The notes beneath the pieces are model-generated. The model was not told where the DNA came from. It searched no databases and was given only the letters and a program-made list of their open reading frames with translations. The position numbers and the translations under genes are program-made. From Mizuhopecten yessoensis (lineage: Eukaryota), in the NCBI RefSeq assembly GCF_002113885.1, contig NW_018404117.1:211201-275200 (forward strand): 64,000 bases of DNA. The letters run 5' to 3'. This document shows positions 41,845 to 55,656 of the stretch, in pieces; the stretch's first letter is position 1; every line of letters begins with the position of its first letter.

Positions 41845-42815
41845 CATGACCTCAGAGTACATGACAGAGGACAATGACCTCAGAGGACAATGACCTCAGG
41901 GGACATGACCTCAAAGGACATGACCTCAGAGGACAATGACAGAGGACAATGACCTCAGAGAACACGACCTTAGAGGATAATGACCTCAGGGGACAATGAC
42001 CTAAGAGGACATGACCTCAGAGGACATGACCTCAGAGGACAATGACCTCAGAGGACATGACCTCAGAGGACAATGACCTCAGAGGACATGACAAAGGACA
42101 ATGACCTCAGAGGACAATGACCTGTGAGGACATGACAGAAGACAATGACCTTAGAGGACAATGACCTCAAAGAACATGACAGAGGACAATGACCTCAGAG
42201 GACAATGACCTCAGAGAACATGACTTCAGAGGACATGACCTCAGAGGACAATGACCTCAGAGGACATGACAGAGGACAATGACCTCAGAGGACAATGACC
42301 TCAGAGGACATGACTTCAGAGGACAACGACCTCAGAGGACAATGACCTTAGAGGACAATGACCTCAGAGGACAATGACCTTAGAGGACAATGACCTCAGA
42401 GGACATGACCTCAGAGGACAATGACCTCAGAGGACAATGACCTTAGAGGACAATGACCTCAGAGGACAATGACCTCAGAGGACAATGACCTCAGAGAACA
42501 TGACCTTAGAGGACAATGACCTCAGGGGACAATGACCTCAGAGAACATGACCTCAGAGGACATGACCTCAGAGGACAATGACCTCAGGAACATGACAAAG
42601 GACAATGACCTCAGAGGACAATGACCTCAGAGGACATGACAGAGGACAATGACCTCAGAGAATAACGACCTCAGAGGACATGAATTCAGAGGACATGACC
42701 TCAGAGGACAATGACCTCAGAGGACATGACAGAGGACAATGACCTTAGAAGACAATGACCTCAGAGGACAATGACCTTAGAGGACAATGACAGAGGACAA
42801 TGACCTCAGAGGACA
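41845..42815. repeat. 12-16 bp minisatellite (GAGGACAATGACCTCA / GAGGACATGACCTCA), ~60 copies
   Basis: Direct inspection. Confidence 0.96.
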
Positions 42816-42820
42816 GGACA

Positions 42821-44256
42821 TATCAACTCAGAAAGCATCACATGACATAAGTACACATACTATACGACCTCTGTATTCAGATTATACAGTAAAAGGTTGA
42901 GCTTTCAAGTTTGGAGTCAAACTTTGTCATATATATTTAACCTTTTACGTGATGTATTAGTCAAAAGTTAACACAGGTATCGAACTACAGACATTCTGAA
43001 AGCCTGTCAGAAGACCAGGACAGTGAGTTTCAAATCTCAGACCTTCTAAAAGCCTGTTAGAAAACCATGGCAGTGAATGTCAAACTGCAGTCATTATGAA
43101 AGCCTGTCAGAAAACCAGGACAGTGAGTTTCGAATCTCAGACCTTCTAAAAGCCTGTCAGAAAACCAGGGCAGTGAGGGTCAAATCTCAGACCTTCTGAA
43201 ATCCTGTCAGAAAACCAGGACAGCGAGTGTCAAATCTCAGACCTTCTGAAACCCTGTCAGAAAACCAGGGCAGTCAGTGTCAAATCTCAGACCTTCTAAA
43301 AGCCTGTCAGAAAACCATGGCAGTGAGTGTCAAATCTCAAACCTTCTGAAAGCCTGTCAGAAAACAAGGGCAGTGAGTGTCAAATCTCAGACATTCTGAA
43401 AGCCTGTCAGAAAACCATGGCAGTGAGTGTCAAATCTCAGACCTTCTGAAAGCCTGTCAGAAAACCAGGGCAGCGAGTGTCAAATTTCAGACCTTCTGAA
43501 AGCCTGTCAGAAAACCAGGGTAATGAGTGTCAAATCTCAAACCTTCTGAAAGCCTGTCAGAAAACCAGGGCAGCGAGTGTCAAACTACAGTCATTATAAA
43601 AGCCTGTCAGAAAACCAGGGCAGTGAGTGTCAAATCTCAGACCTTCTGAAAGCCTGTCAGAAAACCAGGGCAGTGAGTTTCAAATCTCAGAGTATCCATC
43701 AGAGCTGTTTTACTGTATGTATTACAGGAAATAATAGTCACTTCACTGCAGCCATACAAACATTTGAAGTCAGATAAGTGTGTACTAGCTCATTTTCAAA
43801 GAGTCATCAGGCCATTTTTTAACTGTTGTGGGCTTAATTTAGAACCAAACTTAAATAAGAACACCTCCTCATTGAACTAGTGTTGGACTATGGTGTTGGG
43901 TAACTGTTGGGTTATAGGGTGGGTAATTGTAGCGGTGATTTTTTGTTGGGTAATCTTGCAGTAGGAAATTGTTGTCCCATTGCATATTAGTCCAACAACA
44001 ACCAACACCATTTTCCTACTACAAGATTACCCAACAAAAAATCACCGCTACACTAACCCACCCTATAACCCAACAGTCACCAAACACCATAGCCCAACAC
44101 TAGTTCAACCAAACACCATAGCCCAACACTAGTTCAATGAGGAGGTGTCTGACAAAGTTTGACTCCAAACTTGAAAGCTCAACCTTTTACTGTATGATCT
44201 GAGTTCAGAGGTCAATTGTATTCTGTGTACTTATGTCATGCTTTCTAAGTTGATAT
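42821..44256. repeat. Interrupted long inverted repeat: a(42821-42929) ... b(43861-43976) spacer b'(~44005-44148) a'(44150-44256)
   Basis: About 45 nt of perfect reverse-complement match in a/a' and 26 nt in b/b', with further imperfect pairing. Confidence 0.92.
42990..43690. repeat. 50-bp minisatellite (ACCTTCTGAAAGCCTGTCAGAAAACCAGGGCAGTGAGTGTCAAATCTCAG), ~14 copies
   Basis: Units at 43141, 43191 and 43241. Confidence 0.96.
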
Positions 44257-44319
44257 AAATGGTTACCTTGGTAACAAGATCCAAAATTTGGTAACATTAT
44301 AGGTAAATATGAAACTTAC

Positions 44320-44410
44320 ATGGCACAACATCTTGGTTGACATTCTTAAGAACATTTTCTGGAGTCATAGAAACCGAATAAGGAAATTCATCTTGATTCC
44401 GAACGATCGC
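44320..44410 (-). CDS. PTP-domain gene exon 2 (AIVRNQDEFPYSVSMTPENVLKNVNQDVVP), 91 nt, PTP motif 1 region
   Basis: Acceptor TTTGTCTTTACAG, donor GTAAGT. Phase-1 end (T) joins AC of the next exon to form Tyr in VVP-Y-DHARV. Confidence 0.92.
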
Positions 44411-45659
44411 CTGTAAAGACAAAAACAAACATTACCATTACTGATTATTGAAAACTAGGGATGATTGAATTTCTGATTATAGAAATATATAAAAAAAAAA
44501 AAAACATCTAAAAGGAATAAGTTAAATAAAATTGATGAGAAATTTCAAATTTCTTTGGGTTTATTTAATGACTTTGAGTGCGAAAGAACAAAAAAAGCAA
44601 ATTGATAATGAATCTGTATTGTCATCGAAAATTAATCTAAAACCATTGCCATAAAGTGTTCAATCTTGGCGGCTAAATAATATCAAAACAGGCAATGTAA
44701 TTAGATTTGACTGAGAGACGTGAACAGGATTTAAGTCTACAAAAAGGCTTTCAAATTCACAGAGCATCAATCTAATCACTCCTACGGATTGTTTCACCTA
44801 CAGCAGTATTTCCTAAAAAATCCTTTACAAAAAAAAAAATGATAATAAGTTAATAGCAGTGTTTACACCAAACAATCGCAGACACAATTATTTTTAGATT
44901 GAACTAATTTTGTTTGCAATTTTAAACCAATATCCATGATTACTACACACTCTAGAGAAGTTACAAAAACTATTCTTTTTTTTCCCTTTTTCAATCTTTT
45001 ATAATTTCATTGTTGCTGAAACCTTTTATTAATCAACAATTTCAAAATTAATTTTATAAAGATACTATGGAAGGAATTTCAACAGTTTTATTTTTCATAA
45101 ATACTAGTGAAGAAGGAATAATGAAAAAAGGTAGATACAAAATTTGTGAAGAATGTCCCTTTCTTTGTGATCTGGACTTTTTATGTTTACAAATATGGAA
45201 CAATAAAAATAAACTGACAAAGAAAAATGAAAGTTTCACTTTAAGGCTTAAAATTAGTTAAAGCTTTAGGTTTCAAGTCACATTAACTTGATGAAATATC
45301 AAGTGAATGTGACAGCTTGTAAATAACATTGTTTTACAAAGCATCTGCAGAAATATTTGAAAATAGAATGTTCCTGATTATATTCTGATATTAATCACTT
45401 GAGTACAAGAACAAGTTTCCATATAAGTTTTGGGAGCTTGAAGTCCACTAAAATCATCAGATGACAAATGAAGATTATAATTAAGGGTTCAACTTGACCT
45501 TGAACTTAAATGTGCACTGACCAAGAAGCTGCAGTTGAACGGTGTATAATCTGAAAGACTGAATGATCTCAAAGCCATTATGGACATCCTGGTAGGTTCA
45601 ACTGTATACTTTGTTAATTGCAACTGTCATAAGAAAGTGTGTATATTAAATGTTAAGGT

Positions 45660-46020
45660 CAGGTTTTAATGGACTGGAGGCTGTATGCCTTACATACAGG
45701 TTTAATGGACTGGAGGCTGTATGGCTTACACACAGGTTTAATGGACTGGAGGCTGTATGTCTTACACACAGGTTTAATGGACTGGAGGCTATATGGCTTA
45801 CATACAGGTTTTAATGGACCAGAGACTGTATGGCTTACACACAGGTTTAATGGAATGGAGGCTGTATGGCTTACATACAGGTTTAATGGACCAGAGACTG
45901 TATGGCTTTCACACAGGTTTAATGGACTGGTGAATATGGCTTACACACAGATTTTAATAGACTGAATACTATATGGCTTCACATAGGTTTTAATGGACTG
46001 GAGGCTATATGGTTTACATA
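45660..46020. repeat. 36-bp minisatellite (CAGGTTTAATGGACTGGAGGCTGTATGGCTTACACA), ~10 copies
   Basis: 12-aa periodicity in ORF 45669. Confidence 0.93.
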
Positions 46021-47351
46021 CAATTAACTATAAATACATCTCTGGGTTGCTGACCTTATGTTTCCTAACAAAAATAACAGTAAAGACATTGATCAGCTTT
46101 ATAGTCAAATAAATGTTACAGCCTTTTTTCACTGTGAGCCTGTGATTCTGACTTCTGTAACCCATGGACAACACTTAATTTTGGACAAGCAGCCATTAGG
46201 CATGCATTGAAAATTAACACACCTGGTAAATAAATTTTGATATTATGCTATCTTAATCATGTCTCAAAAACAAAATTCCTTGTCATCAACTTATCGGTCA
46301 TGAACAATAGCACTGCACCAATTAGTCGTCTAATAAACTCTCCGATCTAGACAGCACCAATCAAGACAGACCCAAACATTCAGATCACATGACGGATAAA
46401 TCTTCAACACGGTAGGAGTTTGAGGCGCTGTTTCCACGTCCAATTAGCATATTCCAATGTCTTGTGACCTTCGAAACCCAATCACATTTAAATAATTTAG
46501 CCCCAAATCACTTTGCTCAGTGGGACGTCCATTGTGCTAATTACCTTGCAATGAGTAAAACAGCCAAACAGTGTGGCTTCAGATGAACATCTTGTTTATG
46601 TAGCCTAGCTATTGAAAGTTATGTACTTTCCATTGGTTTTAATTTGCTATTTCACTTCTCTCTAATAGGCAGGGAAAGATAAAGGTCCTGGTAAAAAGGC
46701 CATAGACCTATAAAGATATGGTTCACTGATGGAACTTTAAGTCCTTCAAGGTTCAAAGTCATAGTGATTCTAATGCAAATCCGGATAGAAACCATCTTTA
46801 GATATGGCAAAATCTGAAATTAAAAAGTCATGAAGCACCGACAAAGAGATAAATACAACAGCCATCAGTTCCAAGATTTTCCGGTTATTTTTCATCCTTC
46901 CGGAAATAACCGATGAAGGCCAATGGAGTAAGATTGTGACGTCACAGTATGATAATCTCTGAATGACGTTTCATGTCTGCTAGTATCAAAATTTATGTAA
47001 TAGATTTTTTTCTATATGAGTTTTTATCTAAATAAACAAGTAATAAAACATGAGGGGATGTTTATGTATGGGTTGAAACACAATTGTCTTTGCTTCAAGG
47101 ATACACTTCCGGTTTCCCCACTGGACGTCTACTTCCGGACGATAAAATTGAAGGTAAGGTGTAGAAAAGGGGATGCAACTCTGTTTAAGCACGCATGTGT
47201 TACCATTAAAGAGCTTTCGCTCGGGCGTCTTTTCGCCCGAGAGCTACGCTCTTATTATTCAAAGTGACAAAAAACAATAAAACCACCTTATTCAATATCT
47301 AGCATACAGATTTAAGGCTAAAAAGTATTTGAAACTAGCACCTCTAATTCT

Positions 47352-47701
47352 AAACAAGGAAAATAAAGAAATTTTAGCAAACTGACTCCTTTGGGCCCCA
47401 TCCTACAGCCCTTAGGGGTAGGGCTGGCTCAAAATTTTCAAAGTATCAAACGGACAACTCAGGGTTATAATTCCAATCAAGTTATTAACATGTTATATTC
47501 AAAGTATCATTTGCCATTACAAACCATAATAAATTTTGCCCCCCCCCCCTTCCTTCCTTCCCAAAGGTTTCTGCAAAATTTTATTGAAATTGGTTCAGGG
47601 GTTTTGAAGAAGTCGAAAATGTAAATTGTTTACGGACGCACGCTGGACGCCGGACGCCGCCGGACAAAGGACGATCGCAATAGGTCACTTGAGACCTAAA
47701 A
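47352..47701 (-). mobile_element. Truncated Helentron/HINE-like element E (left boundary uncertain)
   Basis: TTGGGCCCC core remnants, GGACGCTGGACGCCGGACG-type microsatellite, and GCAATAGGTCACTTGAG-ACCT-AAAA, which is the element-B hairpin with an internal deletion. Confidence 0.75.
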
Positions 47702-49845
47702 CACTTAAATATGATCATGTTAGCAGAACTTTAACATAAAAATATCTTTCTATCTCAAAGTTTTAGAGTTTGGTGCTTGTAGAGGTCAAAGTCGGAATCA
47801 GAACACTTGACCCCTTGACCACATGACCACCTCTTGTCATAAAAAATCACTTCGATGATTTTGTAACTTCAAATTTCATTGGAACCATTTTGACAAAGTA
47901 CATATAATGAACATGTACAATTTTCTTCTACAATTTGCCAACATCTCCTAAGATCTAAATTTTAAGCAGATGACAAAGGAACAATTGTAGCAGTAAAAAA
48001 TTGAGATGCATGTTCGAAAAAAATCCTAACAGTTTATTTGACAAAGTTACTAAAACTCTTATGTGTTCTGATCAGGCATGACAGGTTGACATATGTTTGA
48101 TCGAGACCTCTGAGATCTCTATATTCCCATCTACTGCCATCAGGAGTACAAACAATGCCATTTACCAGGATTCCCTGGACATTTTCGGTGATGGACTTGA
48201 CAGAAACCCAACACAACCAAAAACAGGAAAGGTGCGTTTGTTTGGTAGAAGTATATAGTCTGTCATCACTCACGGCACATTAAAACTAATTCATTCTCTT
48301 AATGGAAAGTAGTGAGAAAATATATCATCTATATAATCTCAATCTAGCTTAACAACATCAGCAGAAATACGTTTCCTTTTGACATTACTAATTGCTGCCA
48401 TTTCTCCAAAATGCTGAAAAGTTGTTGAAGCCTCTTGTTAGACAGAGAAACACAAATTGTTGACAACAGTCATACATGTTCGCCACTAAAATATCATCGT
48501 TACCGAATTCCATTGACCTTTCTGCACCAGTGAAATTCTATAAGTGTATTGATAATTTGATTTCATCGTCTCATTGGTGAGATTCTATTGGGCCTGGCAT
48601 TAAGTTACTGGTATGTACCAGTTTTAGGAAATCCCTAGGGTATGTTGAAAATGCTGTGTGTCATGTTGAAAATCTGGTGACCAGGAATGGCAACGAAATT
48701 TTGAATGTCAGAAACAGACGACTCTGTCATCATAAAATGATAGGGACGTCAGCACAGGGAACTCAAGTACGAGAATTAACTCTAAACAATGAAAATAAAA
48801 CAAAATTGACAATTGATGATGGTAATATTTAAGCCCATAAAACAAGTTTCTTTTTGACAATAATATCCCTTCTTTCGTTAAAATTTAATTTTGTGCGGTA
48901 ACTGCACCACAATTGTTGATATAATTCCTGTTAGTGTTTACTTTTATTTTGTTTATCGCTTTGCCTACTGTTGTTAAAAAATTTTGATGGGTCTGACGCC
49001 ACGTTACTGCAGAACTGTATTACAGTTTAACTGCGGGATTGAGCTAGACTTTAACTGTTGGTCTGTCACCTGGTTCACAAATCCCAAAAGCTCATGTCAG
49101 CATCACTGACTTCACAATGTGAGTTGATGTTGAATACTTGTTGGTAACACTGGCACTAACATGCACGATGGATTTACCAACAAGCAATCAGTCCTACAGC
49201 TGAAGTAAAAAGGTCTGTTATGCACAAAAACAATTCTACATACCATCAGTTTATAACATCTTTGATAAATTTGAGGTTACAGACTAATTGGCAGCTCTGA
49301 ACAATGGAACACGGATGTTTAACCTGTCAATAAAATGTCAACAACCTATCATAACAGAGCCAAATCAAACATCAATGAACTCAAATAATGGCACCAAAAC
49401 AAATGTCAATGACCTTGGAGAGCAGAGAAAAAATGTCAACAAGACACAACATGTCTGGAAATCCATTACATTGCCACCAGATAATGGGTAACATTAAAAT
49501 CAGGGATCAATGTTATTGTCTTTGTCCACTTTCATATCAAACACAAAAACTGAAGTTGTTCACAAGGATTATTTATCCTCCTAGTGAAGCGAGATGTGCA
49601 TGACCCCAAGTTTGGTGAAAATCAGTCGATGAATATTATATATCTATCTCCTTATAACCACCTTCCTGTATATATTTCATTATCTTATACTGAGATAAAA
49701 ATCAATAATACCACATCAAAACATTGACACAGTTCTATAAACGGACGCAGTCCCATTAATATTTAGTGATATTCAAGTTTGTTGTCTCGAAGCTGCAAGT
49801 CATATTTTAAATCTCTTCATAAAAACTTCCATGAAACAAAACTCG

Positions 49846-50122
49846 CCACATAGAGTGGCTCTGAGGGGAGTTTAGTCAGCTTTACCACATAGACTGGCTC
49901 TGAGGGGAGTTTAGTCAGCTTTACCATATAGACTGGCTCTGACGGGAGTTTAGTCAGCTTTACCACATAGACTGGCTCTGAGGGGAGCTTAGTCAGCTTT
50001 ACCACAATAGAAAAATGGCTCTGAGGGGAGTTTAGTCAGCTTTACCACATAGACTGGCTCTGATGGGAGTTTAGTCAGCTTTACCACATAGACTGGCTCT
50101 GAGGGGAGTTTAGTCAGCTTTA
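49846..50122. repeat. 39-bp minisatellite (ACTGGCTCTGAGGGGAGTTTAGTCAGCTTTACCACATAG), ~7 copies
   Basis: 13-aa periodicity in ORFs 49817 and 49989. Confidence 0.95.
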
Positions 50123-53029
50123 AGTAATTAATTGTACAAGATTTCTGATTAAATCTCTTCAGACAGATTTCATAAAATATCAAATTACTGTAGAAGTACT
50201 TATTTTATCAGACTTACATTTTTAAGTGTATAATTGAATTTCAACAGATTATCGCATTAAAGAAATAGTGTACTCAACATATATGCAATAAAAACATATA
50301 TACAGGAACATCGATTGGTGCAATCCTAATTTAGTCCATGATCTAAAGTGCAATAAGTAGTTCTTTTGAATCGTCAGAAGAACTTTTTTCAGCATTTTAA
50401 CAGATTTTCCTACATGTGACTCAATTTACATAAAAGTATATATAAAAAAACAAATCTGCAAACTTTGTAGCACAAGCAAACTATTTCCAAAATATCATGA
50501 ATCAATATCCAAGTTTTGTCTTTAAATATTCGACCCCATAAAATGTTACTTTGAAGTAGGTCGAGGTCATTTGTGTCTAACATTGTCCCCATGAGTTATT
50601 ATCATGACTCTTTGACTTAAGGTTCTTAAGAAGAAGTCATTTAAAAAAATACATAAAATGACAGGATGACGACAGTGACCAAAAAGTACTAAGTCACAGG
50701 CTAAAAATAACACAGATTTATTTATGCTTGTTAATAAAATATCCTGCAAGTTTTAAGAAAGTTGTATCTCACCCATTATCTATATCGGGCTGGCAATAAA
50801 TTGATCCGGAAAAAGAGTAATGGAGTCATTCTCTTGTACTGGGTCAGACACTAAGCTTGCATGACAATTGGATATATAACTCAACCTTCAAAAGACCAAG
50901 TCACCTTCCTCGACACACAGGCATTCATTAATGCATTAATTACATCAAATATTTATCTGAATTTCCTTGTTTCTGCTGGGCCCAATGAGGATGGTATTGA
51001 AGACTGGCAGGCCAATCTATAATTAGAAACAACCGTGCGATTGCTGCCGTCTTGATCCATTAGGTATGAATTATAAAACAACTTTTCAGGAGTTGGAGCC
51101 ACACACACACACATTTAATAGCAATGTGGGGCAGAAGGGGGGAAAATACCAAATTCATTCAACTCCTTAATTCTAAGGGGGGTAACAGGGCAAATTTTCA
51201 CTAAGTAAAGATTCAATAATGGTGTTTTCTTCAACAATACAAGTCTGTGAGATGGAGTCAGGCGGTTGTTTAAATCAAGGGGATTATGAAATAAGGGCTC
51301 TCATGCAACTTGTATGATCCGTAGTTGTCCCCCTTTTCACAGTTATCAGCTCAAATGTACCTGGAAGTCAATATCATACTGTACTCATTTTCTTTTCACT
51401 TTATGTAATTAAACTACAGGAACGTAACTTTGATAGGCAAGTCTCAACTTTTAATGCACTTGTCAGCATAATTGACCTCACAATATAGAATGCCAAAATT
51501 CTGATTTTCCAACCAACAATGCAATCCACCAGCTAAAGTGAAGTGTCTACTGAGTTGTTAATGTTAATCATAAACCTGAAGATGATTGAACAAATTTTAA
51601 GGAAAATTTAAAAAATTGAAAAGAATAAGTTTATTTCATTTCTCAAAAAAAAATGAAAAAATTAATACAACAAAAAATCTTGTCTTTTTAAGACTTTGCG
51701 TCAACAAACTATAGCTGGATTATTGAGGTAGGGTTTCAGAAAATCTTCAAAGCAAAACCAGCAATCAAATATTTTGAATTTTATCTTTACAGATTGTGAT
51801 ACCGAAGGAGTGTTACTTCAGCATTAGTTAAGTCCTGGTATACGAATGTGTTACACATTAATGCAATGCCTTATCTAATTTATACCGTGTTCAATGAGTA
51901 GAATGTCTATAACCCCCAGCAGGAATACTGCAGAACAATACATGACATTAACACTCGACCCAACTCGCATCCTCCTCCATCAGCTTATGTTCGTTCACAC
52001 AGATTATGCAGCAGGCAGACCCATTACTGTTCATACATATGTATAGATTGCATGTAGGTTACATACAGACAAACCTGCAGGAAGACAACAACGCCGGACG
52101 TCCATCAACAATGACGCACCTGCAGCCATTCTAAATTTCTCTCAGTTTGTCTTGTTTAAATTTATCCCAAGCTGTGCATGAAGCAGAAACATGATTCAAA
52201 GTTCAGAATCATTCAGCAATACCAAATGAAGCTTGCGGCTAAAACAACTTGACATTACAGAATTGTATATAGAGTTATATTGTATTACCTTGTACAGGAT
52301 TACCCAGAATAACATGCAATAATACCATGTTAAGAATTACCCAGACTTCAACTCATACAATTATGTACAGGATTACCCAAAATAATACTGTAATATCATG
52401 CCCACGATTTAGCTAAGGAATGATATGCATCATTTTTTCTATATTTATGATTGCATGAAACACAGATCTGTTCAAACATCTTCCATGACACGCATGAATT
52501 TCAATTATAATTTGAATTGTGATGTCATGCCATAATTGGTGACCGATTTTTCAAATTGTGCAAAAAAAGACCCAAACAGTTTCAAACCAGAAACATTCAC
52601 AAGTAATGTTCTTACTGTTATTGGATTAAATCAACATCTTTGGCTGGATGGTTTATCTTAGGACTGTACAAAGGTAATTGGTGGGTACATGATAATTGTC
52701 CTATGAACTGGTTCACCCCTAGATCAAATAGGAATCTTACCAAATCAAAGACTGGAAAAGTCCAGTATTGTGTAGTGGAAGCTGAATAGGCAGCATTCCA
52801 TGAGCATAGAAATAGGTCACTGTTTGGCATCTTTTGGTCTTCACTTAAAACCAAACGTTACATTTATATGATACATAATTAAAAGATACAAGATTATGTA
52901 ACATGCAAAAAACAATCATTATGTCAAATGAATAAATATGTATATTACTTCAGATTTACATGTTCATTCTTGCCAGGATCCTGTATATATACTATAGGTA
53001 CCTTGTACAGAATAACGTAGACTTACTTA

Positions 53030-53172
53030 CAGTCAAACCTGTATCAGGACACCACCCTTTGGTTCAAAAAGGGGTCTCTTTATACAGGTTAAATCAACAA
53101 AGAAATCCCTACTATGGAGAACATTGAAAGTGTGGTCTCTAATACAGGTGCCAGAATAAACAGGTTTGAAGC
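53030..53172. mobile_element. Degenerate Tc1/mariner-type MITE
   Basis: TA|CAGTCAAACCTGT at the left and ACAGGTTTGA at the right. Internal GGTCTCT..ATACAGGT occurs twice. Confidence 0.6.
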
Positions 53173-55656
53173 TTCACTTTTATAACCATTTACCTTTAAA
53201 AATTATTGATTTATCGCTATACAGTTCTATTTCTATACCATCAATAAAAATACAGAACTTGCAGATTGGGATCAAATTTACTGTACAGGATCAAATAGAA
53301 TTCTCTAAAAAGGAAACGACGGTAAATATTTCATAGCTTTTCTAACCTTATGAAGTAACAAAGTTAAGCTTGGGTGGGTTCAATGTCAAAGTTATCAAGA
53401 ATTCATAAGGAGAGTTGACAAGTGTTTTTTTTTTCTTTGCTAACCTTAATTCCAGTATAAGGTCTGGTTGACTGGAAGTGATCCCAGGGCAGTATACATA
53501 TTTATACACAGCTATTCTGGGAGATCCTCAATTGAAGTAAAAAACACACATTTCTTTGATTATAAATTAATGAAACTGGAAAGAAAATTACAATTGTCAA
53601 GGTAAAATGTCCAGTTTCCATTGGAAACAGAGTCACCTTTGAAATGTGTCATTGTTTGTTGAATTAATTTAACTGTGGACTAAAATTAATTAAAGTTACG
53701 TTGCTATCCATAAAAATATCAAATGTCACCAAACTTAGTAATTAAGATGATCTGAACCGGAGTCACACCTAATGTCTGAAAATGAGAAATTGGTTCAAAC
53801 GTATTGCAATATCGTAACTTAGGACTTAGATTTTAACTGCACTGTTATCTATCTTCTGTTAACAGGTTTGGTGCCAGCTCTTATGACTTATATTAGACTA
53901 CACCTGATGAAATTTGGACTGTAATTTTACGTTCTTAAAGGTCCATAAAAATTGCTGAAGTTGTAGCCCTCATTTGAACATTTTTTCAAAAATAAAAATA
54001 CATAGGTAGCTTTTTAATGGTTTTTAGTGTCAATGATATTTTAGGTAAAATTGTCTATTTCTGCTGGCATATTTATAATTGCATACTTATGAAGTACACA
54101 AATTGCAAAAAGTGCAAAACTATATATACAATGAAACCGTGTCTTATACCTGTCAAAGATATTCTACAGAATACTGAAAAGAGTTCAAAACCATCACATT
54201 CCAATTGATTGTGTTATTTGAAAAACAATAAATTAAATCAAATAAAAAATGACAATCCCAAGTACAAACTACCAAAATACTCCTCTAATCAAGCTAAGGT
54301 AAAGTTTCTCTCTTTAACGACATAGGTCGTTTCGTGTATCCCCTTATAAGGCCTAGCTGAATCAACTCTCCTTTAAAAACCAATCAAGCACTATCAATTT
54401 CTTATATATATATTTATTGTCACAAGGACTCATCATTTATCATATTACTTAATCAAACACTAAATAACACACTTTGATGATAATTATCTTTATCTAATCA
54501 GCAAGTCTCAATAATAAGGAGGAAAATGCTACTTCAGCTGATAAAAATTCACATCTTTCCCCTAGATTAGGATTTGGTGATCCTGGAGCAATCCTAGTGA
54601 TAACCAATTAATTATCTCCAGACAGCTGTGTGGGTGCAGAGATATTTGTTTCTTACTAAAGAGGGTGTACTGACCTTTCAAACATTGACCATATAAAGCC
54701 AATTATACCAGCTGTTCCAAGTACAAATATCTGATATGGTCAACCCTCTCAGAGTTTATTGGGGTTTCAGCCATGTCCCTACTTTAAGTCGTACAAGACA
54801 AAGTTGACATACCGACAGATCTAGACCACATACAGTCAGAGAGACTACACACTGTCCTGAACATCTTATATTTATGGTTTCGCATATTTTGATGATTTTT
54901 TTTTTTTTTTCAAATTGATAAATCTGGTCATGTTGATGATATCAATGATGTCAGTTTCAGCCGATCCCTCTCAGACTTTGACATAAATCAAGCCCTATAC
55001 CGCGACGTAAAACATGGCCGCTCTAATAGGCGTTTGTCTACACTGTTGGCGTAAGGTGACATGGATGACACCACATACACGTAAATCCATTCTGAAATGA
55101 TTGACTTAGTTACACTGGCATGGTAATTTTGTAATATTTAGCAGTGATGTGACGGCCGTCTCAGATAAGAGCAACAACAAAGCATAAAATCAGCTAAGAG
55201 CAAAAACCGATTTAAGAGCAGACAAAATTGGCAAGCAGGAGTAACCGAATTATGCAGTATATGATATGGCGGGGAGGTTTATGAACAAAGGAAAAAAAGA
55301 TGCGTTAGGAGTTGTGTGTTTTTAAGAGAGGCAATTATTTGACATTTAAAGCTACATCAGCATGAAGAATCATTACTAGATTGAAGCTCAATTTGCATCT
55401 CCTCATTATTTTATTATCCCCCAAAAAACAGATGTTTCAATAATTCAAAATGAGTGTTATCAAATTCAAACTTTTTTTTAAAAAAGTTGACAAAATATTA
55501 GGTTTGAAATACCTTTTTTTTATTTATAGTATACTGAAGCTACTGAATTCTACGTAGCAATCTAAAGATAATTTCGTCTGCTGAATTATAAAATTTTCTC
55601 TTAAGACTCTTTAAAACTTCCACCGAAAAGTATTTATTAGATGTTGCTGTAATAAC

